Of a stretch of DNA of 39,574 nucleotides, positions 1 to 8,628 are shown piece after piece. Origin of the DNA: Methanomassiliicoccales archaeon. Lineage in GTDB: Archaea > Thermoplasmatota > Thermoplasmata > Sysuiplasmatales > Sysuiplasmataceae. Below the pieces are notes generated by a model. That model did no database searches and was not told the origin of the DNA. It worked only from the letters and a program-made list of their open reading frames with translations. The stretch spans positions 1 to 39,574 of the forward strand of contig JAVZQA010000001.1 in assembly GCA_038881315.1 (NCBI GenBank), read 5' to 3'. Numbering within the stretch: the first letter of the stretch is position 1; every line of letters starts with the position of its first letter. The translations under genes were made by a program, and so were the position numbers.

Positions 1-1
1 A

Positions 2-904
2 CTCTTAGGTTCCATAGCACGAGGAGGTGTGATGATAATGCTCATCATACTGCTTCAGGGCATATGGCTGCCCCTTCATCATTATTCCTACACAGTGACT
101 CCCTTCTCGGCGGGCATATACATGTCACCAATGCTTGCCGGTTTCATCATTATGGGGCCAATAAGTGGATGGCTGTCAGACAGATATGGAGCGCGTGGTC
201 TTTCCACGGGCGGTATGGCGATAGTCGCCACCACTTTCCTGCTGCTGTATACGCTCCCCTATGACTTCAATTATCTCGTTTTCGCACCTATGATCTTTGC
301 GCAGGGCATAGGAATGGGTATGTTTGCATCCCCCAATACCGCATCGATCATGAATTCAGTGCCTCCGATGCATCGTGGTGCGGCTTCTGGTATGCGTGCC
401 ACCATGCAAAATGCTGGACAGACGGCAAGCATAGCGCTATTTTTTGTTATAATCATAGAGGCTCTGCATTCCTCACTCCCCTCCGCACTCAACTCCCACC
501 TCCTTTCTGCGGGTGTTCCGGCTTCGCTCTCATCATCGATCTCGAAGATACCTCCAACAGGTGCACTGTTTGCCGCGTTTCTTGGAGAGAATCCCATGGC
601 GACCCTGCTTTCATCCTATCCTCACATCACGTCACTGATTGGCGCAAGTGTCTACAGCACAATAACGGGCAGCCTCTGGTTTCCGCGTGTGATAGCGCCT
701 CCATTCATGAGCTCGCTGCAACTTGCCTTCCTGATTAGCGCGGTTATAGCTGCAGTGGCATCAGTGAGTTCGCTGCTCAGAGGAAGAATTTATATCTATG
801 ATCTGGAAGAGGGCACAGATGTCTCAAAACAGGGAGCTCCGGCGAAGAAGCAGGCAGCCGAGGATAGGACAAGGGCAGCCGGTGAGGAAAAATATCTGAG
901 GTAG
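2..904 (+). CDS. MFS transporter, DHA2/EmrB-QacA-like, C-terminal part (5' end lies outside the window)
   Basis: The frame is open from base 2 (LLGSIARGG precedes the listed GTG at 29). It has several hydrophobic TM segments and an MFS-like loop, GPISGWLSDRYGARG. A MarR gene follows 8 nt downstream, a typical efflux pump/regulator pair. Confidence 0.75.
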   Translation, partial: LLGSIARGGVMIMLIILLQGIWLPLHHYSYTVTPFSAGIYMSPMLAGFIIMGPISGWLSDRYGARGLSTGGMAIVATTFLLLYTLPYDFNYLVFAPMIFAQGIGMGMFASPNTASIMNSVPPMHRGAASGMRATMQNAGQTASIALFFVIIIEALHSSLPSALNSHLLSAGVPASLSSSISKIPPTGALFAAFLGENPMATLLSSYPHITSLIGASVYSTITGSLWFPRVIAPPFMSSLQLAFLISAVIAAVASVSSLLRGRIYIYDLEEGTDVSKQGAPAKKQAAEDRTRAAGEEKYLR

Positions 905-912
905 GTGATGCG

Positions 913-1356
913 GTGCGCTTATTGGAAGAGCCTGATTATGCGGACGTCTGGGCGCTGCTCGGCTCTTTCACCACACAGCTCAGGAAGGAGCTGGATTCAA
1001 AGCTCAAGCATGCAGGACTCAGACTCATCGAGATGAAGGTCCTCAGCCTATCCACTAACGGACAACTCACCATGAACCAGATTGCGGAGGAGCTCAGTAT
1101 AACGCGGGCGGGCATTACCTTTCTATCGGATGTGATGGAGAAAAGGGGGCTTATCAGAAAGGAACGCAGGTCTGGTGACAGACGGGTTATAATTCTCAGA
1201 CCTACAAGGAAGGGGACAATGCTGCTAAAGAAGGCACGCGTATTGCAGGATGAGATGTTGCGTAAGAAACTTAACTGCTTGGAACCCCGGGAGCTCGTAG
1301 AACTGAGGCGCCTTATACTCAAGCTCATCGAAATCAGTGCCATATCGGAAAAATAA
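913..1356 (+). CDS. MarR family transcriptional regulator
   Basis: Winged-HTH pattern LTMNQIAEELSITRAGITFLSDVMEKRGLIRKERRSGDRRVIILRPTRKG. GTG start, about 147 aa. Confidence 0.85.
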   Translation: MRLLEEPDYADVWALLGSFTTQLRKELDSKLKHAGLRLIEMKVLSLSTNGQLTMNQIAEELSITRAGITFLSDVMEKRGLIRKERRSGDRRVIILRPTRKGTMLLKKARVLQDEMLRKKLNCLEPRELVELRRLILKLIEISAISEK

Positions 1357-1382
1357 TAAATGAAGCGTTGTGAGATATCAGT

Positions 1383-2204
1383 GTGAAAATGCCTGCAAAG
1401 AATACATCGCGCACTGGTGCGGTAAGTTTCGGTCTCGGTGAAAGCATAAGCGTGGTGGAAGAGGAACAAGTGGAGATAAAGGACGCGCTGCTGCTTGTTG
1501 GCTTTCCCACCGTGGGTCTGGTAAGTTCCATTGTGGCCAACCACGTTATAAGACAGCTTAAACTCAGAAGGATAGGCCATGTTTCATCGCGTTATTTCTT
1601 TCCCTCCTCTGTGGTTATTGACGGTGTGCCAAATCCTCCTGTCCGGATCTATGCAGGTGAACATATCTGCGGGCCAGGGAGGCAGTGTCAGCAGGTTCTG
1701 GTGGTGGCATCTGAATTCCTTATCCAGCCTGATATAATAGACCCGACAAGTGAGGCAATCATTGAGTGGGCGAGAAAGAGAAAGGTGAGAACAGTAGTGA
1801 CTGTGGAAGGGGTTAATGTGGAGGACAGCAGAAATGAATCGGACCCGGCCGTGGTAGGCGTTGGAAGCACCATCGACGCTCGGCACTCATTGAAGGAGCT
1901 GGGGGTTCAGCTGATGTCAGACGGGATGGTGGGGGGTGTTTCGGGCGCGCTTTTGTATAAGGGTTCCATACGTCGTCTGCCGGTCATTTCACTGCTCGTG
2001 GAAGCCCCTGCCAATTATCCCGGGGCGAGGTCGGCAGCCAAGGCAATTGAAATACTCGACCGCATGCTGCCCTTGATAAAGCTGGATCCGCAACCGCTAT
2101 ATCAGAAAGCCAGGGAGATAGAACAATCGATAATGGAGGCTATGAGCAGGGCTGCCCCGAGGAAAGAGCTCGGCTCTGGAGACCACCCTCCGGGCTACAT
2201 GTAG
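1383..2204 (+). CDS. PAC2-family proteasome assembly chaperone
   Basis: The N-terminal LLVGFPTVGLVSSIVANHVI motif is typical of archaeal PAC2/DUF75 proteins. The start could be GTG 1383 or ATG 1389. Confidence 0.65.
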   Translation: MKMPAKNTSRTGAVSFGLGESISVVEEEQVEIKDALLLVGFPTVGLVSSIVANHVIRQLKLRRIGHVSSRYFFPSSVVIDGVPNPPVRIYAGEHICGPGRQCQQVLVVASEFLIQPDIIDPTSEAIIEWARKRKVRTVVTVEGVNVEDSRNESDPAVVGVGSTIDARHSLKELGVQLMSDGMVGGVSGALLYKGSIRRLPVISLLVEAPANYPGARSAAKAIEILDRMLPLIKLDPQPLYQKAREIEQSIMEAMSRAAPRKELGSGDHPPGYM

Positions 2205-2213
2205 TGATACACC

Positions 2214-2726
2214 ATGTCACGCGTCATACGTGTTCTCCTCCTTATTATTCTTGTAGTGGCTGTTTCCGTCGCATCCATCTCGGTTTATGTGGTCTATTAC
2301 TCAAACAACGCTAAAGGGCAAGTCGTTGCAACTCTCATTGTTGATTTCGGAGAAAGACCAGCGAATTTCGGATCATTCAATGTCACCGTATGGCAAAAAA
2401 CTACAGGCCACTGGGCATACTCATTGCGGCCATCCAATATCACCGAATTCGAATTTGAAAATGTGACTTCAGCCGGCAATAATGTGTGGTCTCTGATGCT
2501 CTCTTCCTCTCAAATAATGAAGAGCACAACAGGTTTGCCGCTCTCAATAAGCTACACTTATTACGCCGAATACAATGATTACTATGTAACTGCAATAGGT
2601 GGGGTAAGCAATGGGAATGGTCTATACTGGCAGTACGATGTCAATGGTGCAATAGCAGCCTTTGGTGTACTGCAGCAGCATATATCAGATGGCCAGACTG
2701 TGAAATGGTTTTTCGGTCCTGCTTGA
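2214..2726 (+). CDS. Membrane-anchored DUF4430 domain protein
   Basis: One N-terminal TM helix (VLLLIILVVAVSVASISVYVVYY). The C-terminal YVTAIGGVSNGNGLYWQYDVNG...DGQTVKWFF resembles the DUF4430 fold signature. Confidence 0.55.
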   Translation: MSRVIRVLLLIILVVAVSVASISVYVVYYSNNAKGQVVATLIVDFGERPANFGSFNVTVWQKTTGHWAYSLRPSNITEFEFENVTSAGNNVWSLMLSSSQIMKSTTGLPLSISYTYYAEYNDYYVTAIGGVSNGNGLYWQYDVNGAIAAFGVLQQHISDGQTVKWFFGPA

Positions 2727-2855
2727 TTCGGGTCGAGGGATGTAAGCAAATAGAAGATTATATAAGAAAGGCATAGCTAAAAGCTCAGTCAGAGGGAAAG
2801 CAAACGAAAGAATCACTGATTCTCGCTCTGAATAAGGCCACAGCGGGGTGATTGG

Positions 2856-4784
2856 GTGAGAGTTAATAAGTTGCAATGGTGTATAGGCGGGGCCCAGGGC
2901 AGCGGGGTAGACACCTCGGCCAATATTTTCTCACGGGCTTGTGCCGACGGCGGCCTCTGGGTATACGGGAAAAGAGAATATTTTTCGAATATCAAGGGAG
3001 AGCACAGTTATTTCGTAGTCAGGGTTTCAGATACGCCAGTGCACTCTCTACTGAATCCTATCGATGTACTGGCTACCTTCGATGAGGAGACAATCATAAG
3101 GCATTTTGACGAGGTTGTCCCTGGCGGGGCCATAATCTATGATCCATCCCTCGCTACCACAAAGGTGGAGGACGTTCCAACAGTTGACAGGAGGATTAAG
3201 GATGAAATGGCTTCCGTGTACGGCAAATCGCCGAGCATAAAGGATCTGCTGGAACATGCTTCTTCCAAGGGGGTTAAGGTCATTCCACTGCCGTATTCTG
3301 AACTTCTCAGGACGATTTCACAGCGAACAGGGGAAAAGCGGAACAGTGTGCTCGAAAGAATGGTAAACGTTATTGCTGTTTCAGCTTCCTTCGCTCTGCT
3401 GCATTATGATCTGCAGGCACTGAAGGAGAGCATACTCAAGGTTTTCGGAGGCAAGAAAAAGGTAGCCGAGATGAACCAGGTTGCGGCGGATGTCGCATAT
3501 GAATATGTCAGCAGGGTGAAGCCTGCTGAATTCATCTATACACTGAAGAAAATAGAGAAGAAGGAAAGGAGGCTGCTGCTCAATGGCAATCAGGCGGTGG
3601 CGCTTGGCAAGCTTGCCGGCGGACTGCGTTTTCAGACATATTACCCCATCACTCCGGCTGCCGATGAATCCACATATCTGGAGAGGTATGAGCGCTTCAC
3701 ACAGCTGGATGGTGATGGCGGAGAGGGGAATCTGGTTATTGTGCAGACGGAGGATGAAATAGCTGCAATCACCATGGCAATCGGTGGCGCTCTTGCAGGA
3801 TCGAGGACCGCTACTTGCACCTCCGGGCCGGGTTTCTCCCTCATGGCCGAAGGTCTTGGATGGGCTGGCATTAACGAAGTGCCCGTTGTGATAACAAACT
3901 ATCAGAGGGCAGGTCCTTCTACAGGAATGCCCACTAGGCATGAACAGGGAGATCTCAAATTCGCACTCAACGGTGGCCATGGTGACTTTCCACGCATTGT
4001 GCTCGCCTCCGGGGGTGTTGAGGAGGCGTTCTATGACGCCTGTCTGGCCTTGAATTATGCAGAGAGGTACCAGCTGCCTGTGATTCATCTGCTGGATAAG
4101 TCGATTGCCAACACCACTCTCACACTCAAGGAATTTGATGTTTCAAGCATGAAAATAGACAGGGGGCTGCTGGTGGGTGATGGCACACCCTTCGTTTTGG
4201 GCGAGGGGGAAAAGTATCTGCGTTTCCGTTTCACGGAGAACGGTATCTCCCCAAGGGTCAGAGTCGGCACTCCAAACGCCATCTTCTGGAATACGGGTGA
4301 TGAACACACGGAAGAGGGGCATATCACCGAAGACCCGGTAATAAGGGACAGGATGATGGAAAAGAGAATGGGAAAGCTGGATCTTGCAGACAAGGAAATA
4401 CCTGAGAACGAAAAAGTGCGCTATTACGGAAAGGATTCACCCGATCTTCTTGTCGTCTCATGGGGTTCGACAAAGGGTGCCATACTGGAGGCTATGGATC
4501 GCCTCGGTTCAAATGTCGGCTTTCTGCAGGTCAGGCTCATGCGCCCCTTCCCCTCAGAAATTGCTAGGAGAAGGATAAAGGAGGCGCACAATTTCTGCAC
4601 GATGGAGATGAATTATGTGGGGCAGCTCGCAGATCTCATAGGGGAGAACACCGGACTGCTCCCTCCTCACAGGATTGTTAAGTACAATGGAAGGCCCATC
4701 ACAACGGATGAGGCGGAAGAGGCTATGAAGAAAATTATTGAAGGAAAAGGTGGAAAAAGGATGGTGCTTACACATGGCGCTTAA
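2856..4784 (+). CDS. 2-oxoacid:ferredoxin oxidoreductase, alpha subunit (fused gamma-alpha type)
   Basis: N-terminal GGAQGSGVD (gamma-like domain) and YYPITPAADES (alpha domain). It is 642 aa and overlaps the beta subunit gene. Confidence 0.9.
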   Translation: MRVNKLQWCIGGAQGSGVDTSANIFSRACADGGLWVYGKREYFSNIKGEHSYFVVRVSDTPVHSLLNPIDVLATFDEETIIRHFDEVVPGGAIIYDPSLATTKVEDVPTVDRRIKDEMASVYGKSPSIKDLLEHASSKGVKVIPLPYSELLRTISQRTGEKRNSVLERMVNVIAVSASFALLHYDLQALKESILKVFGGKKKVAEMNQVAADVAYEYVSRVKPAEFIYTLKKIEKKERRLLLNGNQAVALGKLAGGLRFQTYYPITPAADESTYLERYERFTQLDGDGGEGNLVIVQTEDEIAAITMAIGGALAGSRTATCTSGPGFSLMAEGLGWAGINEVPVVITNYQRAGPSTGMPTRHEQGDLKFALNGGHGDFPRIVLASGGVEEAFYDACLALNYAERYQLPVIHLLDKSIANTTLTLKEFDVSSMKIDRGLLVGDGTPFVLGEGEKYLRFRFTENGISPRVRVGTPNAIFWNTGDEHTEEGHITEDPVIRDRMMEKRMGKLDLADKEIPENEKVRYYGKDSPDLLVVSWGSTKGAILEAMDRLGSNVGFLQVRLMRPFPSEIARRRIKEAHNFCTMEMNYVGQLADLIGENTGLLPPHRIVKYNGRPITTDEAEEAMKKIIEGKGGKRMVLTHGA

Positions 4785-5739
4785 ACTTGCGGATTTGAGG
4801 ACTGAGGTTCATAATGACTGGTGTCCAGGTTGCGGTGATTTCGGGATACTCAGTGCAGTCCAGATGACACTGGCAGAGATGGGACTGGACAGAAGCGATT
4901 CTGTTATAGTCAGTGGTATAGGCTGTTCCGCCAAGCTTGTGCATTATACCAATGTCACTGGTATACATACGCTTCACGGCAGACCGCTTCCTTTCGCAAC
5001 GGGCATAAAACTCGCGAATCCACATCTCAATGTGGTGGTTGTTGGCGGCGATGGAGATGGTCTCGGTATAGGTGCAGGCCACTTCGTGAACGGAGGCAGG
5101 CGGAATGTGGATATGCTTTACATCATACATGACAATGGTGTCTATGGCCTAACCAAAGGACAGGCATCCCCAACACTTAAGCTCGGGGAGAAAACAAAGA
5201 GCCTCAACTATCCCAACATTACGGCAGCCATCAATCCGCTAATTCTTGCACTTGCAAGCGGTTACACTTTCGTGGCGAGGGGGTATGCCTTCAACGTCCC
5301 CTATCTGAAGAAACTCATAAAAATGGGCATCGAGCACAAGGGAGCTGCGTTCATCGACTGTCTTCAACCCTGCCCAACCTACAACGACATAAACAGCAAG
5401 GAATGGTATAACGGGGAGGACAGGGCGGAGGAAAATGGTGGTAAAGCTATTCCCAGGGTGTATCAGCTTGAAAGCGAGGGGTACGACGGAACGGTAAGCA
5501 CTGCGGCAGGTAAGGATGCCGAAAGTGTAATGGCTGAAGCGGTGAGGAAGGCCTTTGAGTGGGGTGACAGGATACCCATTGGCGTTTTCTATTCAAATCA
5601 GGAAATACCGACATATGAGGAAAGACTGATGGAGCGCCTTCCCAAATACATGGCTTCACCTCCAGGAACACAGAAGGTATCCAGAGAAGGAAGACCACTA
5701 GTGGATCTAAAGCCTTTTATGGATGAACTGGCGGTTTAA
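4774..5739 (+). CDS. 2-oxoacid:ferredoxin oxidoreductase, beta subunit (TPP-binding)
   Basis: Motifs WCPGCGDFGIL and VVVGGDGDGLGIGAGH (TPP motif). I prefer the ATG at 4774 (MALKLADL), which overlaps the alpha stop by 11 nt, over the track start at 4738. Confidence 0.9.
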   Translation: MALKLADLRTEVHNDWCPGCGDFGILSAVQMTLAEMGLDRSDSVIVSGIGCSAKLVHYTNVTGIHTLHGRPLPFATGIKLANPHLNVVVVGGDGDGLGIGAGHFVNGGRRNVDMLYIIHDNGVYGLTKGQASPTLKLGEKTKSLNYPNITAAINPLILALASGYTFVARGYAFNVPYLKKLIKMGIEHKGAAFIDCLQPCPTYNDINSKEWYNGEDRAEENGGKAIPRVYQLESEGYDGTVSTAAGKDAESVMAEAVRKAFEWGDRIPIGVFYSNQEIPTYEERLMERLPKYMASPPGTQKVSREGRPLVDLKPFMDELAV

Positions 5740-5751
5740 ACTGGTGCATCC

Positions 5752-6411
5752 TTGACGCCAGTACGCCTTGCCGTCTCTGCATCACTCATACTGCTTTCCG
5801 CCCTTACGCTTTACCTTTCCGTTTATCTGCTTTCCAGATGGCGGAGGCGAAGGGCAAACGTGTGGTGGGGAGTGGCCCTTTTTATCGGCTTTCTGAGCAT
5901 TCTCGACGAAACGCTGCTGTATGCAGGTTTCTGGGGGGAGCACCTCATACAGTCCTTTATCTTCCTGTCTGCACTGCTGGTCGGGCTGCTTTCCCTCGGT
6001 TCGATATCATCTGCGGGCAGCTACTGGTTCAGGGCCGGATGGCTGTCATACGTTGCGATTATAAGCATCGCACTGGCATTCTTCAGTTTCACGCAGCATA
6101 TCAGCAGGAGCATACTCAGCAGCGGGGTGGTGATTGGCAATCCGCCTTTCTACGACGTCCTCTTTTCCTCTCTCCTCACTGTTCCTGGCGCATGCGCCAT
6201 TGCGCTCTTTTCCCTTGTGGAGGCGAGGCGGAATCACAAACCGTCGCTCTACCTGATATTTGCGGGTGTGGTGGTCATTTCGTTCGCAGGCTTCCTGTTT
6301 GTCCTGCGTGAATTCCCTGTCACCCTCTATTATTCTGAATTTGCAGGTCTGCTTCTGATTTTCTTCGGTGTCAGAACACCTCTGAAAAGAAGATCAGCTG
6401 CCCCCCTCTGA
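5752..6411 (+). CDS. Hypothetical multi-pass membrane protein
   Basis: About six hydrophobic segments, a TTG start, and no motif I recognise. Confidence 0.45.
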   Translation: MTPVRLAVSASLILLSALTLYLSVYLLSRWRRRRANVWWGVALFIGFLSILDETLLYAGFWGEHLIQSFIFLSALLVGLLSLGSISSAGSYWFRAGWLSYVAIISIALAFFSFTQHISRSILSSGVVIGNPPFYDVLFSSLLTVPGACAIALFSLVEARRNHKPSLYLIFAGVVVISFAGFLFVLREFPVTLYYSEFAGLLLIFFGVRTPLKRRSAAPL

Positions 6412-6618
6412 ACAGCGCTCACAGTAATACCTGCCCTTAACAACATCCACCGCATGCCATTTTCCGTCGTGTTTGATCAGTTCTCCACCGCACTTATCGC
6501 ATCTCTGATCATCTTCAGGGGGCTTGAATACAACATTGATGTCGAACTTATGCGACCATGTGATGCTCCCGTCGGCGAGCGTCCTCCCAGCGATCCTGCC
6601 ATCTGTCGCTTCCGTCAA
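6394..6618 (-). CDS. Small zinc-ribbon protein (hypothetical)
   Basis: Two CxxC pairs (CDKC ... CERC) lie 22 residues apart. The only available start is TTG, overlapping the NAPRT stop (TTGA). The 3' end overlaps the convergent membrane-protein gene by 18 nt. Confidence 0.4.
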   Translation of the reverse strand: MTEATDGRIAGRTLADGSITWSHKFDINVVFKPPEDDQRCDKCGGELIKHDGKWHAVDVVKGRYYCERCSEGGS

Positions 6619-7631
6619 CGTGCACCTTCCCTAACTGATGAGAGCTTCTCAATCTGAGTGAGCACCCGCCCCCGTATCTCATCGGGCTTTTCAGCCGGAA
6701 TAAGGCGCTTCCCGTCAGCAAGGAACTTGCTCAGCATCGTCTCCTCCACAAAACCACATGTCTCGCAAACGGGTGCCTCTGAGCCTTCGGGAAGCACGTC
6801 AAACTCAAAGCAGGATGGGCAGCGGAAGACTTCCTTCCTCCCTGAAAACTTCCCTCTCTTTGTATAGTCGGCACCGTTGCAGTGAACTATGTCAAGTGCA
6901 AAATCAACCGGCGGAGCACCGCTGATTGCTGTGCCAATTCCGAAGCCGTCGGCGCCCGCTTTAATCAGCGTTTCAACATCCTCCTCCCTTATGCCGCCTG
7001 AGATGAATATTTTCACGTCCTGGTGGCCGTGGGTGTCCAGCTCCCAGCGCACCTCTGAAATTATGTGCGCAAAGTTCCCCCTTCTGGACCTCGGTGTATC
7101 CAGCCTTACCCCATATAGATCCTTGACGGTTCTTGCGGCCAACAGAGCTTCCGTCTTCTCATCCATGAGGGTGTCAACTAGCACAATCTTCCTTGCCTCC
7201 CCCATTACATCAGCGTAGGCTCTGAATGCACGTTCAGAATCATTGAAGAGAAGAACTGCACTGTGTGGCATCGTTCCCTGCGGTTCGTGCCCTATCGCCT
7301 CTGCACCCGCAAGAGAGGAGACTGCATCAAAGCCGCCTATATACGCTGCCCTGTCGATCATTGGCGCGAGAGCTGGATGAGCCCTCCTGATACCGAAGGA
7401 TATCATGGGTGTTCTCATCCCCCTGATTCTATATCTTGCCGCCATGGTCGAAATGCCGGAAGTGTGACAGATGAAGCCGAGTGCAGGGGTCTCATATATG
7501 GCGAAATCGTAATACTTCCCCTCTATCCGTGCCACCGGTACAGGAACTCCTTTCCTTGATCTGTTTCTAAAAATTGTCCCCTCGGGCATCGCATAGACAG
7601 TCACCGGCAGACAATCGAACAGCCTCAACAT
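6615..7631 (-). CDS. pncB: Nicotinate phosphoribosyltransferase (archaeal type with a C-terminal Zn-knuckle); the coordinates are the canonical-start ORF, and homology continues upstream to about 7820
   Basis: Motifs YAMPEGTIF, SFGIRRAHPALAPMIDRAAYIGG, GTMPHS, LDTPRSRRGNF and FRCPSCF...CETCG. The same frame upstream encodes RRFFIAAEEDIASGRTTDVYFLNTRKLIE, a conserved NAPRT N-terminus, with no ATG/GTG/TTG. Confidence 0.85.
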   Translation of the reverse strand: MLRLFDCLPVTVYAMPEGTIFRNRSRKGVPVPVARIEGKYYDFAIYETPALGFICHTSGISTMAARYRIRGMRTPMISFGIRRAHPALAPMIDRAAYIGGFDAVSSLAGAEAIGHEPQGTMPHSAVLLFNDSERAFRAYADVMGEARKIVLVDTLMDEKTEALLAARTVKDLYGVRLDTPRSRRGNFAHIISEVRWELDTHGHQDVKIFISGGIREEDVETLIKAGADGFGIGTAISGAPPVDFALDIVHCNGADYTKRGKFSGRKEVFRCPSCFEFDVLPEGSEAPVCETCGFVEETMLSKFLADGKRLIPAEKPDEIRGRVLTQIEKLSSVREGAR

Positions 7632-7813
7632 TTCCTCAAGGCCCGCAAAGACAGCCCATTTCCAATCAGATGGAAGATCGGATGCAGTGATTTCTGCAGC
7701 AACACTGACATCTTTCAGCCCGTTCGCCTCGATGAGTTTTCTTGTGTTTAGGAAGTAAACGTCGGTTGTCCTGCCGGAAGCGATGTCCTCCTCTGCTGCA
7801 ATAAAGAAGCGTC

Positions 7814-8341
7814 TCAGAATTTCACCCTTTTCAGTGAGAGGATGCTGGCACCGTAGACTGTCTTCATGTATTTCAATGCGCTTTCCTTCTTCCTTTTATC
7901 TATGCTCTCAACACAGTCGCTTATCACATGCAGCCCATAGCCACGGTAGAATGCATCTGCTACATTGTGCTGCACGCATATATCAGCACTAATGCCTGCA
8001 AAATAGAGATCATCCACCCCTTCTGCCTTCAGTGATGCCTCGAGTTTTGTATTCAAGAAACCTGAAAACTGTCTCTTGGGAAACACGCGTTTGCCTGCGA
8101 ACGGCTTCAGTTCCTCAACGAGTTCGGATGCAGGCGTGCCGGCCATTGCATGCCTTCCCCAGACTTTCAGTTCAGGATCCCCCTCCTCATGTGCGTCGCG
8201 CAGAAAGAAGACGGGAACCCCCGCCTTCTCCGCTTTTTCACACAGCCTCCTGATATTTCCCACAATACCTCTTGCCCTTCGCGAGCCGAATTTCCCGTCC
8301 ACAAATTCGTTTATCATGTCAACTATCAGGACGCCCTTCAT
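7814..8341 (-). CDS. pncA: Nicotinamidase/pyrazinamidase (isochorismatase family)
   Basis: Motifs LIVDMINEF, FPKRQFSGF (Lys) and GISADICV (catalytic Cys). It sits immediately upstream of the NAPRT gene on the same strand. Confidence 0.85.
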   Translation of the reverse strand: MKGVLIVDMINEFVDGKFGSRRARGIVGNIRRLCEKAEKAGVPVFFLRDAHEEGDPELKVWGRHAMAGTPASELVEELKPFAGKRVFPKRQFSGFLNTKLEASLKAEGVDDLYFAGISADICVQHNVADAFYRGYGLHVISDCVESIDKRKKESALKYMKTVYGASILSLKRVKF

Positions 8342-8390
8342 TTAATCCAGCCTGAAAAGTGTAATGTGAATGAATTAAAAATGTTAGCCA

Positions 8391-8558
8391 TCAGCCTGCT
8401 GGAAAGGCCACACCGAGCCATTCAAGCAGGACCACAACTGCAATAATTAGTCCAATGACTAGCCAGGGATTGAGCTTCAGCGCCTTTTCGTCTTCTGAAT
8501 CGAAATAGCGTATGAGACCGGCCGCAGACTGAAACCCCTCACCTCTCTTCTTGGCCAT
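8391..8558 (-). CDS. secG: Preprotein translocase subunit Sec61-beta (archaeal SecG), 55 aa
   Basis: My own translation is MAKKRGEGFQSAAGLIRYFDSEDEKALKLNPWLVIGLIIAVVVLLEWLGVAFPAG. It has the SAAGLIRYFD motif plus a C-terminal TM anchor. It is absent from the ORF track because it is under 60 aa. Confidence 0.8.
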   Translation of the reverse strand: MAKKRGEGFQSAAGLIRYFDSEDEKALKLNPWLVIGLIIAVVVLLEWLGVAFPAG

Positions 8559-8582
8559 TGATCTTGCAGTTCATGATCAGCT

Positions 8583-8589
8583 ATTTATC
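8583..8589 (-). promoter_or_regulatory. Candidate TATA box for secG (leaderless transcript)
   Basis: The minus strand reads AGATAAATAG, centred about 28 nt upstream of the ATG at 8558. Confidence 0.4.
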
Positions 8590-8628
8590 TCTTTTCCGGA
8601 GGGAGTGTTGGTCACGCACCACAATTCA

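Noticed and set aside
936-1580. A 214-aa minus-strand ORF spanning the MarR and PAC2 genes.
   Set aside because: It overlaps two plus-strand genes with clear family motifs, and it shows no recognisable domain.
5838-6311. A 157-aa alternative-frame ORF inside the membrane-protein gene.
   Set aside because: It is on the same strand but out of frame, Arg/Gly/Cys-rich, and has no TM or domain pattern. The TM-rich frame is the more plausible product.
7814-7898. Programmed -1 frameshift fusing PncA to NAPRT.
   Set aside because: The frames are related by -1 and overlap for about 80 nt. However, I find no X XXY YYZ slippery heptamer in the pncA zero frame and no obvious downstream structure. It is kept only as a minor alternative in the NAPRT start-codon finding.
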